64,000 bases of DNA from assembly GCA_963702895.1 (NCBI GenBank), contig OY969767.1, positions 352,001-416,000 of the forward strand. The letters are read 5' to 3'. Below, piece after piece: positions 8,446 through 17,508 of the stretch (positions within the stretch are counted from its first letter, which is position 1; the number at the start of each line of letters is the position of its first letter). Made by a program: the position numbers and the translations under genes. This DNA comes from an uncultured Elusimicrobia bacterium. GTDB taxonomy: Bacteria; Elusimicrobiota; Elusimicrobia; 2-01-FULL-59-12. The notes beneath the pieces were generated by a model. The model had not been told where the DNA came from. It saw only the letters and a list, made by a program, of their open reading frames with translations, and did no database searches.

Positions 8446-9270
8446 CTAGCGTCCAGACGCGCTAGGCACGGGGTGTTGGTGGCCACCAGAGTGCGAATGA
8501 GGATGCAGGTGCGTCGCCTGCCCGTGAGCGTGACGGTGCTCATGGATGAGATTGACATCCAAAAGCAGCCGCGTATCTTTCAAGACCTGCTGCGCGGGCC
8601 CGGCGCGGACCAACCGGTGATCCTCCGCCAGCACGGCCGTCTGGCAATCCAACTCTTCGACCAACGCCAGGTCATGCGTCGCCAGAACGAGGGTTTTGCC
8701 CGCCGCATGCAGCTTTTCGAGGATTTCCACGACAAAGCACTGGCTGCGGGGGTCAAGGCCGTTCATCGGCTCATCCAGCAGCAGAATCTCGGGGTTCATT
8801 GTGAGCACGGAGCCTAAGGCCACCCGTTTCTTTTCGCCTCCGGAAAGAAGATAAGGCGGCCGATCGGCGAGCCGGTCGATCTCAAGGAGCGCGAGGGTCT
8901 CCTTGACGCGCTGTCTGGCCTCGTCTTCCGTCAAACCCAGCTGGCGGGGTCCAAAAAGGAGTTCTTCGGAAACCGACGGGCAGAAGAGCTGTACATCCGC
9001 ATCCTGGAAGACATAGCCGACTCGGGACCGGAAATTGGCCGCGAAAGTGGGATCCGTCAAGGATCGAGACGTCACCTCCCGACCTCGAAATTTAAGTTCG
9101 CCCTGACTCGGGAAGCGTAAACCGTCCATCAACTGAAGCAGCGTCGATTTGCCGCTCCCGTTAGCTCCAATAACAGCCCACTTCTCTTTCTCGCCGATAT
9201 CGAGGCTTACGCCGGCCAGCGCGACAGCCCCTCCAGGGTATGCATAGGTGAGATCTTTGACTGAAAGCAT
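8446..9270 (-). CDS. cbiO: ECF Ni/Co transporter ATPase with His-rich tail
   Basis: GANGSGKST, VFQDADVQLF, LSGGEKKR, LDEP; HEHRHAH..HLHPHSH tail. Confidence 0.9.
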   Translation of the reverse strand: MLSVKDLTYAYPGGAVALAGVSLDIGEKEKWAVIGANGSGKSTLLQLMDGLRFPSQGELKFRGREVTSRSLTDPTFAANFRSRVGYVFQDADVQLFCPSVSEELLFGPRQLGLTEDEARQRVKETLALLEIDRLADRPPYLLSGGEKKRVALGSVLTMNPEILLLDEPMNGLDPRSQCFVVEILEKLHAAGKTLVLATHDLALVEELDCQTAVLAEDHRLVRAGPAQQVLKDTRLLLDVNLIHEHRHAHGQATHLHPHSHSGGHQHPVPSASGR

Positions 9271-9275
9271 GGCGC

Positions 9276-10052
9276 TCACCGATCGGCTCCGCCAGCCGGC
9301 AGATCGACCCCGCGGCTGCGCATCGCCGCGGCGACGTCCTCGCAACGCTTGCGTGTCATTCCCCAAATCTGAGCCAGCCTCTCGGCTTCCCAGCGCCAGA
9401 CCTCTCGAGTCTCCGATCGTCGGAGCTGGCGACTTTTTCGGGCCAGATGCATGTCTTGTACGGTCCGCGCCAGAATAAAGAGATACTGCCGCGCCAGAGC
9501 CAGGATCCATACTAAGGTGCGCGGGACGCCCAGAACCTGGAATCCGCGGAGCAACTTCGGGGACGGGGTGGTCCAAAGGATCAGAAAGGTCAGCGTTAAG
9601 GAGTTAAACGTCCTAGCGAACAGCATCCCGATGCCCGACCACGCCTGAACGAAGGTTGCCCCCTCAGGTCGCACCACTAGAGAAGGTAGTGGAACGAGAA
9701 AACCGAAGATGAATGAAATCGCCAATACACGCGGATAGAAGGCCGACAGCCGTACCCGCGACGCAACCGCCAGGAACAAAAGCATGGCCGCTATTCCCGC
9801 GTGCACTTTTCCCGAGCTAACAACACTTACGATTACCAAGGCGGCGATCCAGGCGGCCACCTTGAAGGCCGGCGGCACGCGCTGGAGGACGCCCCGGAGC
9901 TCGGCCGTATCCCACTGGACGTAGGAGTCGTAGATCACCCGGGCCATACGGTCAATTCCCTTGTCGAGCACGCCGGAGAGGTCTCCCGCGCTTGGGTGAA
10001 TCACGAGCGTCGGTGGCGGGTCCAATAGATAGGGCGGAAAAAATTCATTCAT
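9276..10052 (-). CDS. cbiQ: ECF transporter T component (CbiQ/NikQ)
   Basis: TM protein with ARKSR and AMRSRG motifs. Confidence 0.85.
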   Translation of the reverse strand: MNEFFPPYLLDPPPTLVIHPSAGDLSGVLDKGIDRMARVIYDSYVQWDTAELRGVLQRVPPAFKVAAWIAALVIVSVVSSGKVHAGIAAMLLFLAVASRVRLSAFYPRVLAISFIFGFLVPLPSLVVRPEGATFVQAWSGIGMLFARTFNSLTLTFLILWTTPSPKLLRGFQVLGVPRTLVWILALARQYLFILARTVQDMHLARKSRQLRRSETREVWRWEAERLAQIWGMTRKRCEDVAAAMRSRGVDLPAGGADR

Positions 10053-10056
10053 TGGC

Positions 10057-11052
10057 TTAGAAATAGAACGATAGCGTCGTCACGAGGCGGAATTTTTCCA
10101 GCCCTTCGGCGCCTTGCTGTTCATCCTTTTCATTCAGGTTTTTCCATGCTGGGACTTTACAGAGAACTCCCAGGTTGGCGTTCCAGAGTTTCGGGAAGGA
10201 GAACCGAAGCCCTGGAGAAGCATAGAGGATGGTTCCGCCCGTCGCGCTGAGTCCCTCGCCCGATTCCTGGTCGCGAGCAAGCTGCAGGAGATTCAGCTCA
10301 ATGACACCGTCTAGTTTTGACAGGAACGCATTCGGATTCCCATAGAGCTCATCGACCCCCGCCAGGCTGAATCGGTATTCGTTCCCGAATTTGAAGTCGT
10401 CTCTCTCTGTGAAAACATCGTAGGAGGTATCGGCGACGAGCGTAAAAGACCCGAAAAGGTGCCGGGCGGCAGAGGCCCCCATGGAATAGGATGGGCTTCC
10501 GAATCCCGGCTGCATTCCTGGATCAACGGAGTCCCCTAAAACCACATCATCCTTTCCGGTCGGGGCCGTCACTCCCCCGTAAAATGACAGATAGGATTTA
10601 TCGGATCCTTCGAGAGTAACGGCGGTTTCACTCTGTTTGTTCAAGTGAAAACCTTCACCCTTGCCGTGATTGAGCCCCAGCGTAAACAGGAACCGCACGT
10701 CGCCGATACCGCTCGCCGACCCCAGGGAATCCTGCCGCTTGGTGTTGTAAGGCAGAAAGACGGAGGTCGTCAGCCAGGGCGTCGCGCCGTAGGAAAGACC
10801 CGCGTTATAAAACGAGAACGAACTTTTGTTTTCCGGTTCGGCAAAAGCGTATTTTCTCCAAGCCACCTGCTCACTTCGCATGGAGACCACGAATCCTCCC
10901 TGGGGCAGTGTCAGAGGAGAATTGGTATCGATGGGGCTGCCGGGGCCAAAGGCCAGACTGACACCGCCATGGTGGGCCATGGCTGGGGCCGTGATCAGGC
11001 CAACAACAAGAAAAGACCAAACTGACTTGAAACGCATGGGGAAGACCTCCAA
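10057..11052 (-). CDS. outer-membrane transporter (MetA-pathway/phenol-degradation barrel-like)
   Basis: Signal peptide then AHHGG; SGIGD, PTG, QPGFGS motifs; terminal aromatic FYF. Confidence 0.7.
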   Translation of the reverse strand: MEVFPMRFKSVWSFLVVGLITAPAMAHHGGVSLAFGPGSPIDTNSPLTLPQGGFVVSMRSEQVAWRKYAFAEPENKSSFSFYNAGLSYGATPWLTTSVFLPYNTKRQDSLGSASGIGDVRFLFTLGLNHGKGEGFHLNKQSETAVTLEGSDKSYLSFYGGVTAPTGKDDVVLGDSVDPGMQPGFGSPSYSMGASAARHLFGSFTLVADTSYDVFTERDDFKFGNEYRFSLAGVDELYGNPNAFLSKLDGVIELNLLQLARDQESGEGLSATGGTILYASPGLRFSFPKLWNANLGVLCKVPAWKNLNEKDEQQGAEGLEKFRLVTTLSFYF

Positions 11053-11071
11053 TATTTTTTGGGATATGAAA

Positions 11072-11530
11072 TCAGCTTGTCGGCGATGCTTTTCGCCTGC
11101 TCGCTGCCAGGCTTACCAAACCGAAGAGTCCGAATATCAGGCTTATCCCGGTGATGAGCTTCGTGTGCCTGGCGAGAAGCGGCTTTCGAAACGATGCCAG
11201 GTCCAGGGCTTGGTCAACCTTCACATCAACGGTGACGCCATGGTATCCGTGCATTGATTCGCCTAGAATCTTGATCTTCCAATCGCCCGCCCGATCCGGG
11301 AGAAAGGACACCACGCCGTTTTTGTCCGTGCGGCCTGTGGCAAAAGGGAGCGCGTCTCCAGGCCCGAAAATCTCGTAGCCGGCATAACTGGCCGGATCGG
11401 TTTCCGAATAGAAGACCTTTGCAGAGATCCCCTTAGGCATGACGTCATAATTGACGCTGTGCGCCTGTGCCGAAGGGATGGACCATAGGGCCATCAGCCC
11501 AAAGAAGGGATAGACAACGAGTCGTTTCAT
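11072..11530 (-). CDS. NikL/CbiL-like accessory nickel transport protein
   Basis: Signal AQA|HS; GRTDKNGVVSFLPD..G.W; HGYH; C-terminal TM. Confidence 0.7.
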   Translation of the reverse strand: MKRLVVYPFFGLMALWSIPSAQAHSVNYDVMPKGISAKVFYSETDPASYAGYEIFGPGDALPFATGRTDKNGVVSFLPDRAGDWKIKILGESMHGYHGVTVDVKVDQALDLASFRKPLLARHTKLITGISLIFGLFGLVSLAASRRKASPTS

Positions 11531-12882
11531 GGTTTCACCTCAAAAGCGAGCGTGGTCGTGATGCTCGTCCAATCTGCGTCGGGATCGTTGGCGCGCGGCG
11601 ACTTCTGCGTCACGGTCACGACCTGATGACCGCCAATCACCGGCACGCGAATCACGCCATCCGAATCCGTTTTTCCTGCCTGTTCATGTCCGGTCGACTC
11701 GACATCGACCCCTGAGAGCGGTTGCCCCTCATGGAGGACTTTCACGGGCAGGGTTTGGCCCGGTTTCATAGCCAGAGGATTCTCAAGAGGAATGAGGTCC
11801 AGAACGATGCCCGGGATGGGCTTCATGGCCCCCGGCCCCCAGCCAAACAGTGCTTTGGAGATATTCCATGAGCGAAGGGCTTCTACGACGCGACTCGCTT
11901 TCCGTTTCGGGAGTTCTTTCCATCCATAGATGGTCTTGGACCAATACTTGTTGTCGATTTCTACGACCAAAAGCGCCGCAGGCGACGTGGCGCTGAAAGA
12001 GACGCCCTTGGCTTTTTTCATCATGCGAACATCCACAGGTCTCCCTTCGAGGTCAAACCCCCGCGCTTGTGTGACATTGGCAGGGTCGTAGGCAGAACGG
12101 CTTGACCCGTGGCCGAACACCAGCGTATAGGTCCCGGCTCCAGGTTCGATCCAGAATTCATGCGCTTTCAGGGGAGATGCGGCTAGAAGGAAGGCCCCCA
12201 GCAGGAAAGCAAGCGACCTTGACTCCACCGGAGGAATACGACGTTTGATCGCCTGAAAAGAGAGGCCCGTCATCGCGGCTTCTAGAATCCCCACGACGCT
12301 CAGGTGAGTCACCATCATCGTCGGGATGACGATCTTCAGCGAATACGGAAAATATCCAGGATGAAGTCTTGGCTGAATGCCGAGCTCGAACGCCGTCAAG
12401 AGCGCGGAGAGATTGATGGATAGGTACGCGGCGAGGGCGGCCAAAACCGCTTCCGCTCGTCGATGGTCTTTCATCGGGAGCTTTTTGGCGATGGCCTGAA
12501 GCACCCGGAACGTCGCCGCAGCGCAGAGCGAGCCGACTAAGGCCATGTTAAAACAGTTCGCCGCCAGCACGGTAACGCCCCCGTCGCCAAAGAGAAGAGC
12601 CTGAATCGCAAGGGCGACGGAAACCGCGATCACGGCCGCCCAAGGGCCAAGCAAAATCGCGACAAGCGCCGCTCCCTGTAAATGAGTGGTCGTTCCTCCG
12701 GGCACGGGAATAGCAAACGTCATCGCAAGGAGACAGAAGACGGAGGCCATCGCCAAATGGGGGATCCGGTCAGATGGAAGCTGGGCTCCCACTTTTTTCG
12801 AGGCATAGCCCCAGACAGGAACCATCACGGCCCAGAAACTTCCGTAGGTGGCTGGTCCCAGATAGCCGTCAGGAATGTGCAT
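11527..12882 (-). CDS. cbiM: CbiM/NikM S component fused to DUF4198 domain
   Basis: N-terminal MHIPDGYL, PVPGGTTTH, QALLFGDGG; then LKA|HEFWIEP DUF4198-like domain. Confidence 0.85.
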   Translation of the reverse strand: MHIPDGYLGPATYGSFWAVMVPVWGYASKKVGAQLPSDRIPHLAMASVFCLLAMTFAIPVPGGTTTHLQGAALVAILLGPWAAVIAVSVALAIQALLFGDGGVTVLAANCFNMALVGSLCAAATFRVLQAIAKKLPMKDHRRAEAVLAALAAYLSINLSALLTAFELGIQPRLHPGYFPYSLKIVIPTMMVTHLSVVGILEAAMTGLSFQAIKRRIPPVESRSLAFLLGAFLLAASPLKAHEFWIEPGAGTYTLVFGHGSSRSAYDPANVTQARGFDLEGRPVDVRMMKKAKGVSFSATSPAALLVVEIDNKYWSKTIYGWKELPKRKASRVVEALRSWNISKALFGWGPGAMKPIPGIVLDLIPLENPLAMKPGQTLPVKVLHEGQPLSGVDVESTGHEQAGKTDSDGVIRVPVIGGHQVVTVTQKSPRANDPDADWTSITTTLAFEVKP

Positions 12883-13306
12883 GCGGAGTACTCTTTGTTT
12901 CCGCTCCACCTGCGGCTGATAGCGTGGCGAACTGGACACCCTTTTCCTTCTTCATCCGATCAGCAAGTTCCTTGAGGCGTCGCGCTTCTCCCCGCGCCAC
13001 GATGACCTCCAGACATTGGTCGTGTTTGAGGTGAATATGTTGTGCGCAAAGCACCGTTGCAGGGTGGTCGTGTTGGATGTGAAGCAACTTATTGACAAGT
13101 CCACGCTGATGGTGGTCGTAGGAGATCGTGATGACACCCACCACCTCTTTGGAAGAGCTTTCCCAATCGGAGCGCACAAACTCTGCTCGCATCAGGTCGC
13201 GCAGGGCCTCCGAGCGGTTGGTGTAGCGGCCCTTGTGGATATGGGCGTCGAAACGCCGCAAGATATCCTCATCGATGGCCACTCCGAAACGAATCAGCTT
13301 TGCCAT
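12869..13306 (-). CDS. nikR: nickel-responsive regulator
   Basis: RFGVAID, YTNRSEALRDL, YDHH, HIHL.HDQCLEV. Confidence 0.95.
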   Translation of the reverse strand: MAKLIRFGVAIDEDILRRFDAHIHKGRYTNRSEALRDLMRAEFVRSDWESSSKEVVGVITISYDHHQRGLVNKLLHIQHDHPATVLCAQHIHLKHDQCLEVIVARGEARRLKELADRMKKEKGVQFATLSAAGGAETKSTPHAHS

Positions 13307-13309
13307 TTG

Positions 13310-13347
13310 GTGGCACGTTTATAACATTTGTAACACGTCTAGGTCAA
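13310..13347 (-). promoter_or_regulatory. nikR promoter with NikR operator
   Basis: GTGTTAC-N13-GTGCCAC (13336-13310) overlapping TTGACC-18-TATAAA with extended TG. Confidence 0.75.
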
Positions 13348-13433
13348 AAAAAGCCGTCAGGACGCAGGCCCCCGACCACCCGGCCGCCCTGCGAGGATAA
13401 TTTCTCGAGGCGGCCGGGAACGAGCGTGCGGGT

Positions 13434-14432
13434 CTACAGTTGGAAGCGGTACGCAACGCTGCTCAACAGGTTGTAATCCGAGGTGAGCTGGATTTCATTA
13501 ACGCGCTGATGAATTGGGATTTGGGCCACTGTTGACCATTCCCAGGCATCTGTCAAGCGGAACTGCACGCCGGGCGAGTAGTACAGATATTCTCCGCCGG
13601 TCTTCTCCACTTCTTCGCTGGTTTGGCCTTTATCATCCTTTTCCTTCACGACCAGATTGAACTGGCTCATGATACCCAGCCATTTCACGATGGGATATGT
13701 TGTCCCCAGGTTTACTGTCATGACATTCCCGAGCTTGTAGTCCTCATGCCCTTTTCCGTTGATCTTGTAATTGGCGCTCAAGAATAGCGGCATGGCGGTG
13801 TACTGGCCGCCGATCGTCGGAACGCTAAAGTGCTGCAGCGATGCCCCGCCGACGATGAAGTCATAAGATGCCGATCCGGGTGTGATCCCGGGTTCCGCCT
13901 CATCCCCATCACTGTTCGTGATATGCGATTTCCCGGTTGGAAATTCCATTCCGACGATGCCGGATAAGGTGGGACGGCTGGTCTCAGCTGGTTTAAAGAA
14001 GGCATACCGCGCCTGCGCCGACAAGTCCCCGATGTCCGTGAAATCCCACCCTTCCGGGATGATCTCCGCGCCACCGTGGTGATTGTGAATATGACGATGG
14101 CTTCGGGAGATGAGCGGCAAGGCAAGATCCAAGCTCAGGCGATCCGTAACGCCATATGTTCCAAGGAAGCGATGGATTCGATTTACAGTCCTCTGCTCGT
14201 CATGATGCCCGCTGATCTCGCCGACGTAGGCCTTATTTGTGCCGATGCGCGGCTGATCCTGGTCGATGTATTCGAACTCGTACCCCAACCGGACGAGACC
14301 CTTTTCTGAAACAAATGAACTGCGGGTGTCCAAGGGACATGTGGCGGACCCGCAACTCGCCCAACCTTGTGAAATGCACGTCAATAACGTCACAGCGCAA
14401 GCCATTAGCCCGCGCTTTATAGCGCTAGTCAT
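13434..14432 (-). CDS. outer-membrane transporter (MetA-pathway barrel-like) with Cys/His metal motifs
   Basis: Signal, SCGSATCP, HHDE, HRHIHNHH, IGD, PTG, PGS. Confidence 0.7.
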   Translation of the reverse strand: MTSAIKRGLMACAVTLLTCISQGWASCGSATCPLDTRSSFVSEKGLVRLGYEFEYIDQDQPRIGTNKAYVGEISGHHDEQRTVNRIHRFLGTYGVTDRLSLDLALPLISRSHRHIHNHHGGAEIIPEGWDFTDIGDLSAQARYAFFKPAETSRPTLSGIVGMEFPTGKSHITNSDGDEAEPGITPGSASYDFIVGGASLQHFSVPTIGGQYTAMPLFLSANYKINGKGHEDYKLGNVMTVNLGTTYPIVKWLGIMSQFNLVVKEKDDKGQTSEEVEKTGGEYLYYSPGVQFRLTDAWEWSTVAQIPIHQRVNEIQLTSDYNLLSSVAYRFQL

Positions 14433-14490
14433 AAATCCTCCTATGCAAAACGAAATGAATATCCGAATGCCTACGACAAACAGCAGTGGT

Positions 14491-14877
14491 TTAGCAGGAG
14501 GTTTCAGGCGGCGGGATGAAAATATCAGGGATGAACGACAAATAGAAAGTGGGCGCCCAAGCAACAGAGGGACGGGTCATTTCTCCGTACACGACGAAGA
14601 CGGATGCGGGGATCATTTCGCGGCGTTCGGGTGGAACGGTCATATCATCTCCGCCGCCACACGATTTGATAGATGCTTGATCAGGCGCGGTTGGCTTCTT
14701 GGCTTTCTTAGGGAAGCAACAACAATGGCTCATGCATTTTTTCTTGCTCGAACAGGCGCACTGGTGGCTGCCACAAGGAAAGTTCGGATCCGGTCCTGCA
14801 AAGGCAGAAGCGTAAACATCCAACGGCATAAGACATAGAACGAGCACAACCGATAAAAGAAGACGACATTTCGGCAT
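14491..14877 (-). CDS. Cys-rich leader protein ending IFIPPP
   Basis: TM, CGSHQCAC..KCMSHCCC, SCGG, PDIFIPPPETSC; upstream of barrel gene. Confidence 0.6.
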   Translation of the reverse strand: MPKCRLLLSVVLVLCLMPLDVYASAFAGPDPNFPCGSHQCACSSKKKCMSHCCCFPKKAKKPTAPDQASIKSCGGGDDMTVPPERREMIPASVFVVYGEMTRPSVAWAPTFYLSFIPDIFIPPPETSC

Positions 14878-14904
14878 CTTTGTTTGAGCCAATTCTACAT
14901 CGAC

Positions 14905-14949
14905 AAAAAGAATCGCCGGCCGATCCTCTTCAGGATCTGCCGGCGATTC
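14905..14949 (-). terminator. intrinsic terminator directly after displaced tRNA 3' end
   Basis: GAATCGCCGGC..GATCCT-CTTC-AGGATC..GCCGGCGATTC followed by T-run on minus strand. Confidence 0.8.
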
Positions 14950-15077
14950 GGTTGCGGGGGCACGTTTCCAACGCTAGGGAGCATACAACAGGCCCACCAT
15001 AGCCCCTGGCTACGCATTCGACCTTACGTCCTCAAAGCCCCTTACAAACACTACGCTGCCACGGGAGGCCATCACTT

Positions 15078-15404
15078 ATGAAGTCTGATGCTGAAGCTAT
15101 CGCTTTACTGGGGGGTAAGGGGGCAGAAGGGGGCAATTCACACCCCAAAGGGCCTCTCCGCTGTACTCACCGCTGGGCATTAGTAAGCCGATCAGCGATA
15201 CGGGAGAAGGCTGAAACCCTGGGGACTCTCCTGATCCAGGTGTGCCGCTGGTGCGGGACATTTCGGGCGAGCACGTTCTGGCCGCAGGTCAGCGGGAGGG
15301 GCCGGATCGAGGTGAACTATCGGGTGCGCTACCTCAAGGCCGAGGAGGGGCTTCGCAAGGTGTCGTTTAACCCTACAGAAGAGCTGCAGGAAGAGGAGGA
15401 CTGA
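15078..15404 (+). CDS. hypothetical Zn-ribbon-like protein
   Basis: CTHRW...VCRWCG; GGAGG RBS. Confidence 0.6.
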   Translation: MKSDAEAIALLGGKGAEGGNSHPKGPLRCTHRWALVSRSAIREKAETLGTLLIQVCRWCGTFRASTFWPQVSGRGRIEVNYRVRYLKAEEGLRKVSFNPTEELQEEED

Positions 15405-15406
15405 CT

Positions 15407-15652
15407 ATGCCGTTTACCTATTGGCGAAAGCTGAAGAAGTGGAAGAGTAAGGCCGGTGAGATCCGAGGTTACTATGAAGAAACAGGGGAGCGCTATAAAT
15501 TCGCTTTCTACCCAGCTGACGGAGGGCCTAAGCAGATCAAGATCGTAAAATGCGACGAGGAGGGCCGCTTTGAAGTCCCGAGCCTGAACCAGTTTATGAG
15601 TATCCGAATGGGAAGGCCGCAAGTCGATCGAGGAGAAGATCTAAGTAATTGA
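15407..15652 (+). CDS. hypothetical protein
   Basis: 81 aa, GGAGG RBS, operonic. Confidence 0.55.
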   Translation: MPFTYWRKLKKWKSKAGEIRGYYEETGERYKFAFYPADGGPKQIKIVKCDEEGRFEVPSLNQFMSIRMGRPQVDRGEDLSN

Positions 15653-15668
15653 TCCCACCTGACAGAAG

Positions 15669-16127
15669 TTGTCTAATTTGTGCGTGCTCAAAGCACTCCT
15701 GATCTATCTGTTCCCTATCGCTCTCCTGACAAGCTGCACTTATCACCGGCCAGCGCTAATTGCTCAGGCAAACATTGGCCCGAAGGAAATTGCAGTTGGT
15801 GTGACTAAAGGAGAGTCCAGCGCTTTCTATGTGCTGTTCTTCGGGCCTTTTGGCGATAATTCTCTAGCTGCTGCTGTAGAGGACGCTAAAGCTAAAGCAA
15901 ATGCGGATACGCTATTGAATGTCTTTGTCGACAGACAGACTTTCTTTATCCCTTTGATCTACACACGAGTAACGACTGTGATATACGGTACTCTGGTGAG
16001 CTACAACCCTCCGTTAACCAAACAAGACAGCTTAAGAAGTGAACAGGCTCCATTCAACGCAAACAAAAGTCTAGAGAAAACAATACCCCCGAGAGGATCC
16101 TCAGCGCCAGCCGATCAAGCCTTGTAG
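15669..16127 (+). CDS. TRL-like family lipoprotein
   Basis: Lipobox LLTSC; GESSA..LFFGPFGDNSLAAA..A..ADTLLNVFVD. Confidence 0.6.
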   Translation: MSNLCVLKALLIYLFPIALLTSCTYHRPALIAQANIGPKEIAVGVTKGESSAFYVLFFGPFGDNSLAAAVEDAKAKANADTLLNVFVDRQTFFIPLIYTRVTTVIYGTLVSYNPPLTKQDSLRSEQAPFNANKSLEKTIPPRGSSAPADQAL

Positions 16128-16265
16128 TGCAATAGAGAGTGTCGAAATAATTACCCAAATTCACTATAGAGCTTTGACGGTCTATCCTGCCTGAAATACC
16201 GCATTTAACACGACCTACCGATAACGAATTGCGCTTTTTGGGTCGTTAAATACGAATTTAATTAC

Positions 16266-16889
16266 CTAAGCGAACTGGTACGCGAGTGCCGCTTCCTTCT
16301 TGCGCTCGGCGGTAGCCCTGACGTAAGGCAATAGGCTTTGAAGGCTGGAATGACCCGAGAGGCTCATAAGTGTAGATGGATCACGCCCAGGGGCACGGAA
16401 CGTCAAATACGTCGCACGGAAGCTATGCGGGGTGATCCGCTTGGTAATACCCGCCTGGCGTGAGAACCTCTCGACAAGACAACTGATAGCCTTGGGTGTT
16501 ATGCGCCGCTTCGCATAGGGGCCATGCTTGCCCAGGGTTAGAAACAGCGGAGCGTCCTGAGAGGGCTTGCCCTCGCCATGCTCGAGCTGTAGATACCGAG
16601 AGATCCCACGATAGACACTATCGGCAACAGGGATCTTGAGCCAGTACGGTCGCTTGGTGCGCTTCTTCAAGCCCTGATAGCTGAGGTATTTCTGCCCCTC
16701 GTCTACCAAATGCCCGACATTGAGCCTGACCAGCTCACCCTGTCTCATAGGCGTGTTAGCCAAGACCAGGAGCACGGCATAGTCTCTTGCGCCCTCTTTG
16801 GTGCGCCGGTCTGGTAGCGATAACATTCGGGAAAGCTCTTCTTCAGTAAGAACGTCTGACTGTCCTGCGGGTCTTCCTCTCATATTCAT
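16266..16889 (-). CDS. small tyrosine recombinase (catalytic domain only)
   Basis: RDYAVLL..PMRQGEL, ITPHSFR, SGHSS, PYVR: R-H-R-H-Y set present. Confidence 0.88.
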   Translation of the reverse strand: MNMRGRPAGQSDVLTEEELSRMLSLPDRRTKEGARDYAVLLVLANTPMRQGELVRLNVGHLVDEGQKYLSYQGLKKRTKRPYWLKIPVADSVYRGISRYLQLEHGEGKPSQDAPLFLTLGKHGPYAKRRITPKAISCLVERFSRQAGITKRITPHSFRATYLTFRAPGRDPSTLMSLSGHSSLQSLLPYVRATAERKKEAALAYQFA

Positions 16890-16921
16890 TCTCCATATCC
16901 ATTATGCGCTCTACTACAGTA

Positions 16922-16953
16922 TCCACTAGTAGTCAGTATACTCTACTAGTGGA
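16922..16953. promoter_or_regulatory. inverted repeat between divergent recombinase and RHH genes
   Basis: TCCACTAGTAG-N10-CTACTAGTGGA. Confidence 0.6.
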
Positions 16954-16984
16954 CACGAGTCAATTATTCACGTATCATTAACGT

Positions 16985-17173
16985 ATGAAGAAAAAGAAGA
17001 CTCCCGAAGGCAAAGGCTACAAGTTTTATGAGGAAGCGGGTCTGCAGCAGTTGTCTATCCATATTCCCTCTGCTGCGCACAAGAGGCTTAAGGGTCTGGC
17101 CGAACGGCGCGGGGTGTCCCTGCAGCTGCTGGCGCGTACATTACTTATGGAGGGCGCAAAGGTCAAATCTTAA
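16985..17173 (+). CDS. ribbon-helix-helix-like regulator
   Basis: LSIHIPSAAHKRLKGLAERRGVSLQLLARTLL. Confidence 0.7.
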   Translation: MKKKKTPEGKGYKFYEEAGLQQLSIHIPSAAHKRLKGLAERRGVSLQLLARTLLMEGAKVKS

Positions 17174-17193
17174 TATGGAAAGGATCATAAACT

Positions 17194-17508
17194 ATGTCTG
17201 ACTCAAAGGTACATCTTTACCATACGTATTATGACTTGTGTAGTGACCATATCGCGAACGCGCTTAGAAAAGAAGGTATTGAATATGAAGTGCAATCGTA
17301 CTGGTGGATACGCGGAGTGAGAACAAATTATGACATCTATGTATCCCCTGGGGATCTTACTAGAGCACAGGATGTAGTAAGTCGCGAACAGTCTAGACTG
17401 CACGCGCTTGGATCAACAGCTTTAAATAGGCGAAATATCAGAATGGTCCTTTTGTTCACCGCAGTCTTCGCCTTAATCTTTCTTTTGAGCTACTTAACAG
17501 ATAGATAG
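17194..17508 (+). CDS. DUF2007-like protein with C-terminal TM
   Basis: ALRKEGIEY...DIYVSPGDLTRAQ; terminal hydrophobic helix. Confidence 0.6.
   Translation: MSDSKVHLYHTYYDLCSDHIANALRKEGIEYEVQSYWWIRGVRTNYDIYVSPGDLTRAQDVVSREQSRLHALGSTALNRRNIRMVLLFTAVFALIFLLSYLTDR

Larger units (their letters stand above)
3085..14951. mobile_element. recombinase-less metal-uptake genomic island between two tRNA-fMet att cores
   Basis: Bounded by GGTTGCGGGGGCACG at 3074-3088 and 14950-14964; only metal uptake genes inside. Confidence 0.7.

Noticed and set aside
8446..9576. 376-aa CbiO and other 5'-extended ORF calls (cbiM, SpoIID, M15, hflK, katG)
   Set aside because: Extensions overlap neighbours or repeats; downstream starts fit family N-termini better.
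13340..13433. Cobalamin or NiCo riboswitch upstream of the ECF operon
   Set aside because: No recognisable B12 box; the promoter abuts nikR, and the hairpin fits termination of the upstream gene.
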